Below are positions 38,801 through 47,893 of a DNA stretch of 64,000 bases, in pieces. The notes beneath the pieces are model-generated. The model did no database searches, was not told the origin of the DNA, and saw only the letters and a program-made list of their open reading frames with translations. How positions within the stretch are numbered: the stretch's first letter is position 1; each line of letters begins with the position of its first letter. The translations under genes were made by a program, and so were the position numbers. Origin of the DNA: a virus; IMG/VR virus record IMGVR_UViG_3300045988_144755. One strand, written 5' to 3'.

Positions 38801-39169
38801 AACAACGCAAGCCAGCGGCTGTTCTACCGTGCCCTTGACGCATACCAAGCGGAGCTGCGCCGGGCCGGGGTGAAAATGACGGACACCAGCTACAAGAACG
38901 ACCCGGACAAACGGATGGATTACCAGCGGGCGCAGCTTGAATCCATCGGATGGGATGAGGACAAGATTCAGGACTGGTTCGTTCTCGATGCGGCACTGCG
39001 CGCCAGAAAGCGTGCGGACTCCGAGATGGGCAAGAGGACGAAAGCCATCTGGCTGAACTCCGATGATTCGGAAGAACTGCGTTCTGCATTCGATGAGCTT
39101 GCAAATCAAACGAGTTCCATTTACGATGAAGCCGTTGCGAATCTTAACTTCTACGCGGGTGCAAGATGA
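35840..39169 (+). CDS. large virion protein (1109 aa)
   Basis: GAGGAAG RBS; the second giant ORF in the structural block. Confidence 0.5.
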   Translation: MFCPDDAEIFASTRRPHGNGGAFGTMRHTVDPAQTRALTLEQIARDAYEHATYMSDLGGSISSSYTTTISPTTARDRREVRGLARDVVKLMDTARDAQAERMQKWQENLRAVSQTSVNEVSKWANFVTATTRKLVNARADINLWAQAYLGENDRANVNNSTRMAFELMEPKIQGTLQKFTKAIEEVNEQLKPIAQRTGYTVDEVATIFGDYANCQMMPEINQLLLDRWQGEIAAERLRNRGDESKVRIAQLQHKIENLSANLNNPNPKRDLISGGYTNAEAQQLQQRILDMGFTKEEIEAWTADFREHGYRGILEARVQAGLVSPEVLRSFPDFQYHLPVKTKFDNITGAVNDAALYSPGTYGEIKGRINKPDSAYFTVLNYARRAANEIGMQDFTLRMAAAAKDAEVSGKNNGLLMFNVAQLKQWKMNGEPQIRRWAENLEERGCLIADIPSQFDPQTGEPISSTKMLITFDPNWKDPKTGLTGMQLNDALVAAPKHATSFGKGVARWTSRTGQLFTRFRPTFAFINCGRDLMMRSTGMLARDYYRPDGTMIAGSSLVSNYLTNTPRAARMLMDTLVRDTAAPDSDARRLWNEYVSAGLHQQYTRGQNEIRRTLADVIEARDNPTGFVRKYLTNPKDPKGKKFAEMLNGLGNRKDQALAVLDGWNDYFNNIASFNQFATLRDAGLSVDSAAHATLEMMNLYQRGTATPALQCLYPFIIPTMQGAANIMRTMGFVPDQRGVYRATRKGMLTVAGLAGAYSMLLPIMKDSMGTDENGNSYFDAMSLSELQRGIPIGLGDGDYIKLPLDYGIPQIVATMMVGADRVERGLMAPADYGFEMVYTLVKNMSPGNWPEFSMTENPMAFFTQAFMPQLLSPFAESVTNTGWAGQKLTWAERGGTKAMADQGSSSTPKFYHDAAKYLYRNMHGPDLAPEQIQSIIEGFATGPFRFIKGWLEGDTPRKHGAQPPASERMGEFLSTLGGTMLFGTVNNASQRLFYRALDAYQAELRRAGVKMTDTSYKNDPDKRMDYQRAQLESIGWDEDKIQDWFVLDAALRARKRADSEMGKRTKAIWLNSDDSEELRSAFDELANQTSSIYDEAVANLNFYAGAR

Positions 39170-39807
39170 TCCTTCGGCTTACCCAAGACATGACCCGTCT
39201 GGCCCTTCGGATAAGGGACTCGTGGGAGGGGCGGCAGCTTACGGACTGGCAGCGTCTGCAACTGCTCATCCTCCCCGGACAGCGGGACATGATGGATCAA
39301 TGCGGGCCTAACGGGTCTCCTTGGATTCTTACCGGGTGCTGGCCCGGCAAGCGTACTAACGTGGATGTCGCCAACTGGAGGCCGGATTTCCCGGCCCTCA
39401 TCTGCCCCGCCTTCACGCTGGACGCTGACGGTGCGGTTGTCTTCCGCATAGACGATAGGATTCACAGCTTACCGCCCGGTCGATACACGGGAGTCATTCG
39501 TGTAACGCCTAGGCAGGTGCCTCCTTACGACCCGCACGATTTGTGCGGGTCATCCTGCAAACCCTTGCCGCCCGGCCCGGTGCTCAAGCCATTCCCCATC
39601 AAGCCGGATGGGAAAGTTATCCCCCCCGAATATCTTGTCGGGGCGCAGGACTGCAACGTAGACTTCTCCACACCGCCACCGCCGCCCGCGCCGCCGCCAT
39701 ACTGCATACTGGCAGAGTTTGACATTGACCTTGGGCCAATGTGCGTTGACCATTTTATTGATCAGGCTTCGGTAGATTTCTCACTGGCTTCATGCGGAGA
39801 TGAATGA
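39166..39807 (+). CDS. hypothetical protein (213 aa)
   Basis: ATGA overlap; Pro-rich [10 protein letters not shown] segment. Confidence 0.45.
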   Translation: MILRLTQDMTRLALRIRDSWEGRQLTDWQRLQLLILPGQRDMMDQCGPNGSPWILTGCWPGKRTNVDVANWRPDFPALICPAFTLDADGAVVFRIDDRIHSLPPGRYTGVIRVTPRQVPPYDPHDLCGSSCKPLPPGPVLKPFPIKPDGKVIPPEYLVGAQDCNVDFSTPPPPPAPPPYCILAEFDIDLGPMCVDHFIDQASVDFSLASCGDE

Positions 39808-40586
39808 TGGCAAAACATTTCGATTGTAGAACCCCCGGTGCCGTGCCGCCGGAAGGCGTGATGTATATCCCCGTCCCGGTCGATGCCGTGGACGGGCAGT
39901 TGCTTATCTATGACAGCTCATCCCCCTGCCTTGTGCGGTGGGGTTGCGTCGCCAAGGGCGAGAAGGGCGACACTGGCCCGATGGGGCCGCAAGGCCCACA
40001 GGGTAAGCAGGGCTTGCAGGGCAAGCAGGGGAACCAAGGCGTGCCCGGCCCGGCGGGGCCGCAAGGCCCGCAGGGTAAACAGGGTGAGCAGGGTGTGCCC
40101 GGTGCGCAAGGGCCTCGTGGCAACACTGGTGCCCGCGGCGAGAAGGGCGACAAGGGGGACAAAGGTGACACTGGCCCGCAAGGTATTCGCGGTTTACAGG
40201 GCATCCGAGGCGAGAAGGGGGATCAGGGAGAGAAGGGCGAGACGGGCGCGACTGGCCCGATGGGGCCTCGTGGCGAGCGTGGGTTTAAGGGAGAGACGGG
40301 CGAGCGCGGCCCGAAAGGTGAGAAGGGAGACAAGGGAGATCGCGGCGAGCCGGGGCCTGAAGGCCCGATGGGGCCGCGTGGAAGGGATGGAGCTCCCGGA
40401 TTGCAAGGCCCGCAAGGGCCTGTAGGCCCGGCGGGGCCGTCCGTCCACAGCAAGTTGAGCAACCTCGACTATGAATCCAGCGGGCATACCGGGTTCGCCT
40501 CGGCACAGATGGTCGATGAACTCTGGAACTACATCACCCTGCTGGAGAACCGCATCAATGATCTGGAACGGCGGCTGGCAGTATGA
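39804..40586 (+). CDS. collagen-like (Gly-X-Y repeat) tail fibre protein
   Basis: ATGA overlap. About 160 residues of uninterrupted G-X-Y triplets (39960-40434), then a C-terminal globular/coiled segment ending [12 protein letters not shown]. Confidence 0.7.
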   Translation: MMAKHFDCRTPGAVPPEGVMYIPVPVDAVDGQLLIYDSSSPCLVRWGCVAKGEKGDTGPMGPQGPQGKQGLQGKQGNQGVPGPAGPQGPQGKQGEQGVPGAQGPRGNTGARGEKGDKGDKGDTGPQGIRGLQGIRGEKGDQGEKGETGATGPMGPRGERGFKGETGERGPKGEKGDKGDRGEPGPEGPMGPRGRDGAPGLQGPQGPVGPAGPSVHSKLSNLDYESSGHTGFASAQMVDELWNYITLLENRINDLERRLAV

Positions 40587-41191
40587 TGCAGATTGAATAC
40601 TTCGCCACCTATCTGACCGACAGGCTTGAGCCTGAAGGTACGGACTTGCCGATCTGCAACTCAGCGGTTGCCGATCTGCTGGCACTTATGCCGGATGAGG
40701 ACGACTATATTTACCTTGCGCTCAAGGGGGATTCGCACTATGAAGTTGTGCGGGCGTACAACGCTGGCGGTACTATCCTCATTGAGCGGGCACAGGAAGG
40801 GACGACTGCCGTACTGCATCACTACGGCACATGCGTTTCCGCAATCTCTCCTCTGGTTGCGGCTGTAGTGAAAGACTTGATCTGCAACTATACCTGCTGT
40901 GAGGAAGAGTGCCCGTGCGACCCCGTCGCATTCGGCGGCGCATCGTTGCCCGACTTGCAGGAGGGTGTCGCATGGGAAGGTGCCGTGGTATTCTCCGGCG
41001 ACCTGCCCATGACCATCGGCATCAGCAATGCGCCCGGCTGGATGGAGGCCACGACCTCGAACAACATCATCAAGCTGTCCGGTACGCCGACATCCAGTGA
41101 GGACGTACACTTCAGCGTAGCGGCAACCAACTGCAACGGAACGCACATCGTTACGGAATCGCTTACCATCAATGCCAAGCAACTCCCTTAG
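40583..41191 (+). CDS. hypothetical protein, last gene of + strand operon
   Basis: ATGA overlap; Cys cluster [13 protein letters not shown]. Confidence 0.45.
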   Translation: MMQIEYFATYLTDRLEPEGTDLPICNSAVADLLALMPDEDDYIYLALKGDSHYEVVRAYNAGGTILIERAQEGTTAVLHHYGTCVSAISPLVAAVVKDLICNYTCCEEECPCDPVAFGGASLPDLQEGVAWEGAVVFSGDLPMTIGISNAPGWMEATTSNNIIKLSGTPTSSEDVHFSVAATNCNGTHIVTESLTINAKQLP

Positions 41192-41243
41192 CATTGTGTA
41201 ACATATTCTTATCATGCAGGGCCAAACCCTCATGACAAGAAAA

Positions 41244-41285
41244 CCCCCGTGTAGACTTCGCTCCAGCTACACGGGGGTCTTTTTG
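41244..41285 (+). terminator. rho-independent terminator of late operon
   Basis: CCCCCGTGTAG-12nt-CTACACGGGGG followed by TCTTTTTG. Confidence 0.7.
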
Positions 41286-41353
41286 CCCGCATGGGTGAAT
41301 CACCAACTTGGGTGATTTAATTAAGTTTTTTAAATTTGCGGTAAATTACCGTA

Positions 41354-41485
41354 GCTGATTTTATTGACAATTTTTAAACCCGGCGTTTCACCGGGTTTAA
41401 ATAATCTTGCAGGGTTACACTATAAACACACCCCGTTTACTTCAATCAGGTTATCGGGTGATTTTATTGATAATTTAACTGAGCG
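41354..41485. repeat. 18/20-bp direct repeats TGATTTTATTGA(C/T)AATTT (41354-41373 and 41466-41485), plus GGGTGAT motifs at 41291, 41309 and 41464
   Basis: Seen directly in the AT-rich junction between the convergent operons. Confidence 0.6.
41376..41398. terminator. bidirectional hairpin AAACCCGG-cgtttca-CCGGGTTT flanked by T and A runs
   Basis: Perfect 8-bp stem with TTTTT 5' and AAA 3'. Confidence 0.5.
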
Positions 41486-41512
41486 CAAAATTGCGCTCAG
41501 TTAAATTACTTC
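41483..41512. promoter_or_regulatory. 30-bp palindrome TTAACTGAGCGCAA-AA-TTGCGCTCAGTTAA
   Basis: 14-bp arms; could be a protein-binding site or a bidirectional terminator near the 3' end of the - strand operon. Confidence 0.45.
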
Positions 41513-41648
41513 GACACCAATTAGTTTTACACCTGATCCGTATACTGTACGGGGTAGGTTAAAAGTTCATCTTCATCCAGCATTAGCTCTGACCCTTGGA
41601 TTACCGTCAAGATTGCTGAGGATAATCTTTTCGTCTTCGCCTAGTACC

Positions 41649-41990
41649 CTATCTCCACACCAGCTCAGGCCCTGCATCCGATGCTTTCTGCCCATGCAGT
41701 TTGCACCTCAGCTCTTCCACTTCCTGCTGGCACTTGTACTGGCTCGCCCGAAGGGTCATGTTCTCCGTAGACAGGAACGATATGCGGTCATTCAATACCC
41801 GTATCCGTTCGTCACGCTCCTCAAGCTCGCCACTGAGTTTGGCCCGCAGAGCTTCACACTCCTCCCGTGCCGCTATCAGACGCTGTTGCAGGACTACTGC
41901 GGTGTGCTTGTAATCCGATAAGTCTTTCTGCAAACGCATGACATAGCCAGCCAAGTCATATGTGTCGTCACTCGTCTTCTTCTGCATCAT
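41649..41990 (-). CDS. coiled-coil hypothetical protein (113 aa)
   Basis: Last gene of the - operon. Confidence 0.45.
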   Translation of the reverse strand: MMQKKTSDDTYDLAGYVMRLQKDLSDYKHTAVVLQQRLIAAREECEALRAKLSGELEERDERIRVLNDRISFLSTENMTLRASQYKCQQEVEELRCKLHGQKASDAGPELVWR

Positions 41991-42285
41991 CTGCTCTCAG
42001 GATGTAGATGTGGTTGAAGCCGAATATCTTCAGCGAAAAGGCAAGGCCCTTGTTGCCCTCTTCATCAATAGCCGCATGTATTACCGACAACGTGATGCGC
42101 GACAGGGCGAAGAATACGCCCGCGACAAACACAGCCATGACGATAAAGACAATGGTCATGGCGCAGTACACGTTAAAAAGCGTCAGGTTTTCCGGCGCTA
42201 CAACGGTAAGGAGATTAAACAACAGCATGAGGCTCCCCATGAGGAGCAGAAAGAAACTGATGGTGTGCATTGTCTTACTGTTCAT
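41968..42285 (-). CDS. small membrane protein (106 aa, 2-3 TM)
   Basis: GGAGGG RBS 6 nt upstream of the ATG at 42285; hydrophobic FFLLLMGSLMLLFNLL and IVFIVMAVFVAGVFF. Confidence 0.45.
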   Translation of the reverse strand: MNSKTMHTISFFLLLMGSLMLLFNLLTVVAPENLTLFNVYCAMTIVFIVMAVFVAGVFFALSRITLSVIHAAIDEEGNKGLAFSLKIFGFNHIYILRADDAEEDE

Positions 42286-42622
42286 CTTTTTCCCTCCGTA
42301 CAAACTGGATGGGGAAGTTCGCCGGGATGTACCGGAACACCTTGGAGCGTTCCCCCTGCTGGTTGTAGGGGCAGACCTTGAGGGCATAGTGCGGCTCATC
42401 CTCATCAAAGAGCACGTCAATCACCACGGCTTCCTTTTTCGGGGTCGAATGATTCCAGCCAACTATCACATCGCCTTCCTCATAGGGCGACGACCAATGC
42501 GCGATGTCCTTCTGGATGGTGCTGATCTGCTGCGCCAATCCCACATACTGTTCCGTCAGTTCCCGCAGTTCGGTAAGAAGGAAATTCGCACGGGCGTTGT
42601 CGAATACTGACCTTTCTCTCAT
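42275..42622 (-). CDS. hypothetical protein (115 aa)
   Basis: GGTGGAG RBS. Confidence 0.45.
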   Translation of the reverse strand: MRERSVFDNARANFLLTELRELTEQYVGLAQQISTIQKDIAHWSSPYEEGDVIVGWNHSTPKKEAVVIDVLFDEDEPHYALKVCPYNQQGERSKVFRYIPANFPIQFVRREKDEQ

Positions 42623-42626
42623 AGCT

Positions 42627-45600
42627 TTACTCCACCTTCTCTATTGGTTGTTCCTGTGTTGTGGCGAATGAATAGCCTAGTGCCGCCACCGTATTTGCTT
42701 CCAGCATGTAGCATCTCACCCTCGGCATTGAGAGGTAGGACAAGCCCCTGCCCAAGTTGCGGACTACCTCCTTAACTCCCAACCCGGAAGCCTGTAGCTT
42801 GCTGATAATAACCGAGGGGGACATATGCCGTAACCGACACCATGCCGTGAAGTCTGACTTGGATATGAACACGACGCCCTCATCCTGTATGGCCCGCACA
42901 TAGATTTCCTTGGGCGGCAGGTTGATGACGTACTTGTCCCCTACCCCCTTGAAGTGCGGGTCTGCCATATGCGGCGGGCGATCCTCGGCAACGACCGTCA
43001 GCGTGTGGAGCTGGCGATCAGCCAAGTAGTCCCGGATGCTCCCTTCAAAGTCGGGGGCGTGTTGCTTCGTGCGCTTGCGGTTGTGCGGCACAAAGACTTC
43101 CAGAACCCACCGTTCCAGTGCGTCTATGTCGTAGTCGAGGAGGCCGAACTCCACAGCCCACCGAGCAACCTTCAGCGCAATAGCCAAGGGATACCCCATG
43201 AAGCGTTCGGCGTTCTCGAACCCATGCGCGGAGCACCAGTGCTCCACCTGCTTCGTCAGGGTCGCCAGACGTTCCGGGCGTTGCAGAACCTGATACATGA
43301 ACTCAGGCCCGGCTACCCCGTAGTTGTTCTTGCATTCGTCAATGCAGGCGTTGATGTAAGCCTGCACTTTCGGCATGTGCGCATACGAGGGGAAGTCGCA
43401 TTCGTATTCCATCACACGCTGGAGCGAGGCATCAGAATCCCCGGCGTGCAGGGCGATGGCTTCCTTGAAGGAGCGGTTCGATGTGGCGAATGACACCGTT
43501 GTCCATGACCCGGTATCGACAAACTCCTGACCGGAAGACTTTAGCTTTTCCTTTTCCTTGCAGGCCACCAGCGTGTAAGCCAGCGAGTACATATCTTCCG
43601 GCTTCATGTCGGTGAGTTCGTCAAAGAATACGGGCAGGTTGTTGAGGATGGTCATGCGCCGGGTGCGGGCCACGGTTGACGTATCGCGGGCGACGAACTG
43701 TTCCATCGGGTCGCCCCACACGCTTGCGGCGGCACGCAGGACTTGCGACTTGCCGAGCCCCGGTTCGCTTGACCAGAGGGAATAGATGGCGCTCCGGGCC
43801 TCGCCCGATCCATACTTCATGAAGGGGGCCGCCAGCGAGAAACACATGGCGAGCTGGCCCGCAGGCTGGCGCAAGATGCGGTACATTTGCGGAACCCGCT
43901 TCCAGTTCTCAAGGTTCCCCTTCACCTTCAGTTCGTTGTCGGCAATCTTCTGGGCACCCTTTGCATGGTTCACGGCATGGAGCCCGGACGCCGTGACGAC
44001 GCCCTTGCCCACGACGAACCCTGTCGTTTCCTGCCGGGTGCTCTGGTCAATGCACTTGTTCCATCCGAACTTCTGGAACGTATAGAGTTCTTCTACGTCA
44101 AAGACTACCTGTTGCAGATAAGCATTGATGAAAGACATAAAGAGCTTCCCCGTATACCCCGTATGCACGGGGAACATGCGGGCGTTGAACATCCACTTCA
44201 TGATGTTCTGTTCCCCATGATCCACATCGGGGCAGAACTTTACGATCTCTATCTGCCCATTGGGGTGGACAAGCTCGAACATGAAGTTCCGCTTGGGCTT
44301 GTCGTCCACCCGCTCATAGACGGAATAGAGATAGTACAGTTGCGTCTTGCAAATGACGTGTTCCTTGTAGACGTATGCCCCTGTCGTCTCATCCTTCTCG
44401 GCAACAACATGGATCATCCCCCGCGTATCCACCTTGAAGTTCGGGTGGTTGAGCGTCAGGCGGGGATGCTCCCACGTTTCCGGGAAACGCAAATGCGTGC
44501 CGTGCCCGGCAACCGCATCCACCATCGTCGCGACTTGCGCGGCGGTCATGAACTGCGGTGCGGACACGGCTTCCACATTGGCTTGCGGCGCGGGCATCGG
44601 CAGGACTGTGGGTTCCTTCGTCGCCTGCGGTGGTACAGGTACAGCCGTTGCTTGCGGTGAAGCTACGGGCGCTGAGGCGGCATTGACCGCCAGCCTGTGC
44701 AACTGCACGGGAGACTTGACCTGCCCTCTGTACTTGCACGATTGGCACAGCTCAGGGTTCATTCTTTCAAATGTGCTACAGAGGGCCGGGGCATCTTGTG
44801 CCGCCGCATAGAACTTGCGTTCCGTATCTTCAGGGGTATACCGCGCAGCATCGAAAGCGGACAACTTGTGAGCCCACTCCAAGCCGTCAACGCAACGCCG
44901 CAATACGGACATGCCCGCGAACCAGTGAGGGTAGGACGCGAGCCCCATCACCCGGACGGCGGGGCAGCCTTGGATGATGGGCAACGCCTTTGCCGAAGGC
45001 GGTTGCGGCCCCATCCCAAGAGCCACGGCGAGCGGGTCTGCCGCCTTGGTCTGAGGGGTATGGGTAGGGGCAATCGGTGCGGCTACGGCATCTTCCTTTA
45101 AGGAAGCGCCGATGAGCCGCAGAAATTCCTTGGGGTCATAATCGAACGGTTCTTCCCGCAGGACAACGACAGGGTTGCCGCTGGACGTGTGCCGGGAACC
45201 GGGGATGCGGAGCACGCTGGCGGGGTCTTCCGCACGCGCAGGGTCTACGTCGAGCCCGTATTGCCCGCAGAGCTTATGGAAGAGACGGGCGATAGGACGC
45301 CACAGTTCAGGCGTCAGCGCCTTCGTCAACGTCCAGTAAACGTGAAGCCCCCGGCCGGAGAAGACAATGAATGTAGCCTTGAGGCCCGTTGCGATCTGAA
45401 AGTCCCGCACGGCGGCAAGGGCTTCCTTCCAGTCACGGTACTTGCTGTTGGGCTTGCCCGCATCAATGTCCGCCCAGAAGGATTTGATCTCGTGGACATT
45501 GGCTTGCTTGCGCCCGGCAAGGACATCCTTGAAGGAAGCCAGAGCGAAGTAGCTGTCGTATCCCGCAGCAACGGCAGAGGCACAATGCTGCATGATAGAG

Positions 45601-45740
45601 AACAACGAGCTGCACGCTTTCTGATCTGGATACTGGCCCTTGTTCTTGCTCAGGCCAAGAGAGAAATAAACGGGAGCAGTCCCGAAAAGATCGGGAGCGG
45701 GTAACGAAGGGAGAACTCTCGAAAGGAAATGTTCTTGCAT
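42627..45740 (-). CDS. primase-helicase: N-terminal primase-polymerase-like domain + C-terminal P-loop (SF3-like) helicase
   Basis: N-terminal acidic motifs (WADIDAG, GRGLHVYW). Walker A WSSEPGLGKS in the C-terminal half. 1037 aa. Confidence 0.75.
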   Translation of the reverse strand: MQEHFLSRVLPSLPAPDLFGTAPVYFSLGLSKNKGQYPDQKACSSLFSIMQHCASAVAAGYDSYFALASFKDVLAGRKQANVHEIKSFWADIDAGKPNSKYRDWKEALAAVRDFQIATGLKATFIVFSGRGLHVYWTLTKALTPELWRPIARLFHKLCGQYGLDVDPARAEDPASVLRIPGSRHTSSGNPVVVLREEPFDYDPKEFLRLIGASLKEDAVAAPIAPTHTPQTKAADPLAVALGMGPQPPSAKALPIIQGCPAVRVMGLASYPHWFAGMSVLRRCVDGLEWAHKLSAFDAARYTPEDTERKFYAAAQDAPALCSTFERMNPELCQSCKYRGQVKSPVQLHRLAVNAASAPVASPQATAVPVPPQATKEPTVLPMPAPQANVEAVSAPQFMTAAQVATMVDAVAGHGTHLRFPETWEHPRLTLNHPNFKVDTRGMIHVVAEKDETTGAYVYKEHVICKTQLYYLYSVYERVDDKPKRNFMFELVHPNGQIEIVKFCPDVDHGEQNIMKWMFNARMFPVHTGYTGKLFMSFINAYLQQVVFDVEELYTFQKFGWNKCIDQSTRQETTGFVVGKGVVTASGLHAVNHAKGAQKIADNELKVKGNLENWKRVPQMYRILRQPAGQLAMCFSLAAPFMKYGSGEARSAIYSLWSSEPGLGKSQVLRAAASVWGDPMEQFVARDTSTVARTRRMTILNNLPVFFDELTDMKPEDMYSLAYTLVACKEKEKLKSSGQEFVDTGSWTTVSFATSNRSFKEAIALHAGDSDASLQRVMEYECDFPSYAHMPKVQAYINACIDECKNNYGVAGPEFMYQVLQRPERLATLTKQVEHWCSAHGFENAERFMGYPLAIALKVARWAVEFGLLDYDIDALERWVLEVFVPHNRKRTKQHAPDFEGSIRDYLADRQLHTLTVVAEDRPPHMADPHFKGVGDKYVINLPPKEIYVRAIQDEGVVFISKSDFTAWCRLRHMSPSVIISKLQASGLGVKEVVRNLGRGLSYLSMPRVRCYMLEANTVAALGYSFATTQEQPIEKVE

Positions 45741-45931
45741 AGAAGTTCCTCGGCTGTGTGGTGCAGCCTGTTAAAAAACCTTCTTGTTCAGTGCTGTTGC
45801 GAAAGGCACCACAGTTGAACTCCGGGCGGAACTACACCCGGCAACTCCCCTCGCAACAGCCTGAGCAAGAAGGTTTTCTCAGTGAGGTGAGAAGAACCAT
45901 ACGCTTCTCACCTCACCTTGTCAACTAAAAA

Positions 45932-47221
45932 CTACCCCAACTGCGACATAAGGTTTGCAATAGTGGACTGCGTGGTAGAACTTACCATGCCAGCCACGGG
46001 CTGTCCAGCGGGTGCTGCGGTCTGCACGGGCTCAGGCTGTTCGGGAGCCGCGGCAGTAACAGGCGCTTCCATCGCTTCCGGCATGGCGGACGGGGTATCC
46101 AACGCGCCGCCCACAGAGCCCAAGATGGAGTCTGCCGCATCCAGCAAGTTCCCGAAAGCCTCAGCGGAAATCGTGGGCTGCTGCGCCGGGGCGGGCGCGG
46201 ACGGTGCAACGGGCGGCACGGTCTGGATTTCCTGCATCAGTCCCGACAGGAGCGGGGCGGCCTGTTCCACAGTCTGCACCGGAGCCTGCACCGGAGCCTG
46301 CACCGGAGCCTGCACCGGAGTCTGCACCGGAGACTGAGCCGGGGTCACAGACACCGTGGGCTGAACGGGGGTCTGTACCTGATGAACCGTTGCCGCGGGT
46401 GTCGTCGTCACCGTGGGCTGTGCCTGCACCGGGGCATCACCATAGGTCAGCTTTTCCCGGACAACCGCCAAGTCCTGTGTGGACTGCCGCATGGCACATT
46501 CCTGAACCTGATACAGATTCGATTCGTCAAGGAACAGCATGTTGCCGTTGTTGTCCCGCATGGGCTTGAACATGACCACGCCCTGCACGGGGGAGTTCAC
46601 GTCAAGGACAATCTGGGTCAGGAACATGGACGGCGTGCAAGTGAACGTAGCCGTGGAATACTGGCGGCACACATCCCGGAGCCCGCCCCACTTGTACATA
46701 TTCTGTTCCGGGATGGACTTCCCGAACAGGGAGCTGGAGGTGAGGTCAAAGATGTAGGGCTTCTCCGTATCGAGGAAGAGCTGTCCGTTGACGATGCGGG
46801 CCACGCACCAGACGGTACGGCGGCAAATCTGGAAGGCCCAACGCTCCTGACCATTAACGTTCTGCTTCCGCCTGAACTCAACGGGAAGCGCATCGGGGAA
46901 CGTATCGGGAGTATGCTGAATCCACGTCAGGTCAGGCGCTTCGGGTTCCTGTCCGGGGGCGTACACACGGGAGTACCACACGCAATGGTTGACGGGGGCC
47001 GCGCCCACGAGGACGGCATACAAGCCATTGGCAGGCACAACTTCCTGCGCTCCGTTCTCGCACAGGGCGAAGTCCAGCTTGCGCACCTTGATGCGCCGGA
47101 AGTTGGCACCGCCGAACCCATTGAACGCATCGTCGAACACATTCGTAAACGTCTGCAACACATCGCTGTTAAGGATGGGAAGCTGAGACACGGGCTGAAC
47201 TACGGGGAACTGAGACATCAC
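45932..47221 (-). CDS. hypothetical replication-module protein with C-terminal (PVQA)n low-complexity tail
   Basis: 429 aa; globular N-terminal ~240 aa, then a Pro/Val/Gln/Ala-rich tail. Confidence 0.5.
   Translation of the reverse strand: MMSQFPVVQPVSQLPILNSDVLQTFTNVFDDAFNGFGGANFRRIKVRKLDFALCENGAQEVVPANGLYAVLVGAAPVNHCVWYSRVYAPGQEPEAPDLTWIQHTPDTFPDALPVEFRRKQNVNGQERWAFQICRRTVWCVARIVNGQLFLDTEKPYIFDLTSSSLFGKSIPEQNMYKWGGLRDVCRQYSTATFTCTPSMFLTQIVLDVNSPVQGVVMFKPMRDNNGNMLFLDESNLYQVQECAMRQSTQDLAVVREKLTYGDAPVQAQPTVTTTPAATVHQVQTPVQPTVSVTPAQSPVQTPVQAPVQAPVQAPVQTVEQAAPLLSGLMQEIQTVPPVAPSAPAPAQQPTISAEAFGNLLDAADSILGSVGGALDTPSAMPEAMEAPVTAAAPEQPEPVQTAAPAGQPVAGMVSSTTQSTIANLMSQLG
46274..46342 (-). repeat. Five 12-bp tandem repeats ctgcaccggagc encoding (PVQA)n
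   Basis: Seen directly in the sequence. Confidence 0.7.
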
Positions 47222-47229
47222 ATTCTCTC

Positions 47230-47688
47230 CTAATTCTTGGTTAAAGATACAACCTTTTCCGTAACCTTGCGGACACCGAACTGCTTGTACAAATCTTCAT
47301 CCGTCAGTCCGGGCGAGGCCGCCTTCATGTCCGCAATATAATCGTCGAGGTTCCCGGCATGGACACGCTGCTGCAACAGCAACCCGTCCGCCCACGGGCG
47401 GTTGTTCTGCACCGCCTCGCCAATGGTTTGAACCATCTTCTTGATAAGAACCTCGATGTCTGCAATTTCATAATGGCTCCGGTTCGTTATCGACAAACGC
47501 CCGATGCCTTCATACCTGCTGGTCGTCAATCCTTCCGCCGACATCTCCAGCAGAATCCTTTTCTGAAGTTGCATTTCTGCATCCTTCAGTTCCTTCACCT
47601 TGTTCTCCAACTGCTGCCGGATGTTCTTCGTCTCCGCATACATCCGAGCCAGCGCCCCAAGGGTCGGCGCGGTACTTTGTGGCGGCAT
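47230..47688 (-). CDS. hypothetical protein (152 aa); start uncertain
   Basis: AAGGAG before the ATG at 47688. Overlaps the 3' extension of the AlpA-like ORF, so the true start may be at 47574 or 47544. Confidence 0.4.
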   Translation of the reverse strand: MPPQSTAPTLGALARMYAETKNIRQQLENKVKELKDAEMQLQKRILLEMSAEGLTTSRYEGIGRLSITNRSHYEIADIEVLIKKMVQTIGEAVQNNRPWADGLLLQQRVHAGNLDDYIADMKAASPGLTDEDLYKQFGVRKVTEKVVSLTKN

Positions 47689-47893
47689 AGTAACTCCTTA
47701 CCCATTCCATAAATTCTTCCTTGAGGTACACCACCTTCTGCCCGAAGTAGTGAACCTTCGGCCCTTGCCTGCGGTGCGCAAGTTGCCGCAGCGACTGCAC
47801 ACTTACCAAACCGTTGGTATACTTTTCAGCCTGTGCCCGGTCAAAGAACTCAGGCAACTGCTTCTCGATTCGATCAAAAACCGCGTCGCTCAT
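47510..47893 (-). CDS. AlpA-like helix-turn-helix DNA-binding protein (N-terminal ~75 aa); C-terminal extension doubtful
   Basis: ATGA overlap with the helicase gene; GGGGG RBS. N-terminus LVSVQSLRQLAHRRQGPKVHYFGQKVVYLKEEFMEWV fits the AlpA/excisionase-type HTH pattern. The ORF only closes at 47510, overlapping the next gene. Confidence 0.45.
   Translation of the reverse strand: MSDAVFDRIEKQLPEFFDRAQAEKYTNGLVSVQSLRQLAHRRQGPKVHYFGQKVVYLKEEFMEWVRSYYAATKYRADPWGAGSDVCGDEEHPAAVGEQGEGTEGCRNATSEKDSAGDVGGRIDDQQV

Noticed and set aside
41192-41650. tRNA gene in the AT-rich junction
   Set aside because: I could not build a cloverleaf with acceptor, anticodon and T arms from any 70-90-nt stretch. The hairpins present are simple terminator-like stems.
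47230-47893. Treating the full 127-aa AlpA-like ORF and the 152-aa ORF as both full length
   Set aside because: They overlap by about 180 nt in different frames. AlpA-like proteins are usually 60-90 aa, so one of the two boundaries is probably wrong. Both are reported with reduced confidence rather than one being chosen arbitrarily.
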